The position numbers and the translations under genes are program-made. A DNA stretch of 63,901 nt from a bacterium (lineage in GTDB: Bacteria > Myxococcota_A > UBA9042), in NCBI GenBank assembly GCA_030425545.1, contig JAUIAC010000004.1:1-63901 (forward strand), written 5' to 3'. The notes below the pieces were generated by a model. That model worked only from the letters and a program-made list of their open reading frames with translations, ran no database searches and was not told the DNA's origin. Numbering within the stretch: position 1 is the first letter of the stretch; each line of letters begins with the position of its first letter. Below are positions 63,170 to 63,901 of the stretch, piece by piece.

Positions 63170-63257
63170 GCCGGGATGGCGGAATCGGTAGACGCAAGGG
63201 ACTTAAACTCCCTCGAGGCCAGGCCTCGTGCCGGTTCGACCCCGGCTCCCGGCACCA
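63170..63257 (+). tRNA. tRNA-Leu (anticodon TAA, reads UUA)
   Basis: The acceptor stem is GCCGGGA/TCCCGGC. The anticodon stem-loop is AGGGA-CTTAAAC-TCCCT. A long variable arm (GAGGCC-A-GGCCTC) is typical of class II tRNA. The T-loop is TTCGACC and CCA is encoded. Confidence 0.93.
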
Positions 63258-63524
63258 CACAGCAGCCATGCTGGCCCCGCAGCCCCCCCACAGCCGCTAC
63301 CGGGCGGCCTCGGCGGGCCCTGCCATGACGACGCCCGCCCGGCGCACAGAGCGCCGTGTGCCGACCGCGTCTCGACGGTGACCGTCCCCGCGCGTCGCTC
63401 TACGACTGGGGTCGCAGGCATCCGCGCCCGATCGGCCTCCTGCGGCGAGGGCCTGTCGCTGGGGAACGCGCTGCCTGCCATCTCAGGGTCGCCGCCTGCA
63501 GACACGTCGCGCTGTACTCCAGCC

Positions 63525-63726
63525 GCGCCCGCCCTCCAGTTGGGCGCGCCCTGCAGCAGCGCCCGCCGTCCAGCTGCCGCCCCGCCCGCCGCGCCCGTCC
63601 TCCAGCTGGGCCCGCCCTCCAGTAGCGCCCGCCCTCCAGCAGCGCCCGCCCTCCAGCAGCGCCCGCCCTCCAGTAGCGCCCGCCCTCCAGTAGCGCCCGC
63701 CCTCCAGCTGCGCCCGCCCTTCACCT
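63525..63726. repeat. tandem array of about 12 copies of a 17-bp unit GCGCCCGCCCTCCAG(C/T)(A/T)
   Basis: Near-perfect copies (variable last two positions only) start at 63625, 63642, 63659, 63676 and 63693. Degenerate copies lie on both sides. A 17-bp period is not a multiple of 3. Confidence 0.9.
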
Positions 63727-63901
63727 GCCCCGCCAACCGCCCCTGAAACCTCCCCACAGACGCCCCCTGGTCCAGCCCTGGATCGACCCCGCTGCGGGCG
63801 CAAGCGCCCTGCCACAGGAAAGCCCAGTCAAAATCGCCAACGACATCAACCAGATCTGAAAAAGCGCCCATCACGCTGAAAAAAGATCCAAAAAGCGCTT
63901 G

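Noticed and set aside
63525-63726. A possible CRISPR array, because of the regularly spaced repeats.
   Set aside because: The units are directly adjacent 17-bp copies with no unique spacers. They are far shorter than CRISPR repeats, and no cas genes are present. I classed the array as a simple tandem repeat.
63203-63874. ORFs 63203..63874(-), 63228..63746(+) and others cover the repeat array.
   Set aside because: The 17-bp period forces the frame to rotate every unit, so the protein repeats every 17 aa across three units. This shows no coding constraint. The products are Pro/Ala/Gly/Arg-only sequences.

Overview
This is a high-GC chromosomal segment that looks myxobacterial. The pointers are a MYXO-CTERM-like tail, Glt/Nfs-like gene order, a eukaryote-like Ser/Thr kinase and PP2C phosphatase, and many DNDCDG-type Cys/Asp repeats. 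Coding density is high. Nearly every long ORF has an equally long antisense or off-frame shadow ORF rich in Arg/Ala/Gly. I chose strands by amino-acid composition, recognisable motifs, signal peptides and RBS-start geometry.

Four blocks stand out.

1. A ~30 kb divergent locus (2119-31787) encodes almost only exported proteins.
- Three tandem paralogous Ig-repeat lipoproteins lie on the minus strand.
- On the plus strand sit a vWA lipoprotein, two paralogous small outer-membrane beta-barrels, three TPR proteins and an 86-aa secreted protein. The genes from the first beta-barrel to the small protein follow the order of Myxococcus nfsA-F / gltA-F.
- After these come a fourth paralog of the lipoprotein family, two more Ig-array lipoproteins (one ending in a vWA domain) and an arginine-deiminase-fold enzyme.

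2. A redox and Cys-rich block follows (33036-40300).
- It starts with a membrane-anchored triple-DsbA protein.
- Next is a translationally coupled minus-strand operon. Its first gene is a Cys-rich metzincin-like protein whose HExxH reads HQLGH and which carries a MYXO-CTERM-like tail. A divergent FAD-domain protein and a GlcF-like Fe-S protein follow it.

3. A PEGA-domain Ser/Thr kinase is followed by two tandem tRNA-Gly(GCC) genes.

4. One 18.2 kb gene (44566-62739) encodes a 6,057-aa lipoprotein.
- It is built from Cys-rich repeats and MopE-like DNDCDG repeats.
- It has a SUEL-type lectin domain and seven ~220-aa aromatic repeat modules.
- It has two TLDc domains, each nested inside a host domain: one in a C-type lectin, one in a jelly-roll.
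- It ends in a PPC-like domain.
- Downstream lie a strong terminator, tRNA-Leu(UAA) and a 17-bp tandem repeat array.

No CRISPR array, transposase, integrase, rRNA or PKS/NRPS gene was seen. All family assignments come from motif reading by eye and need HMM or structure searches.
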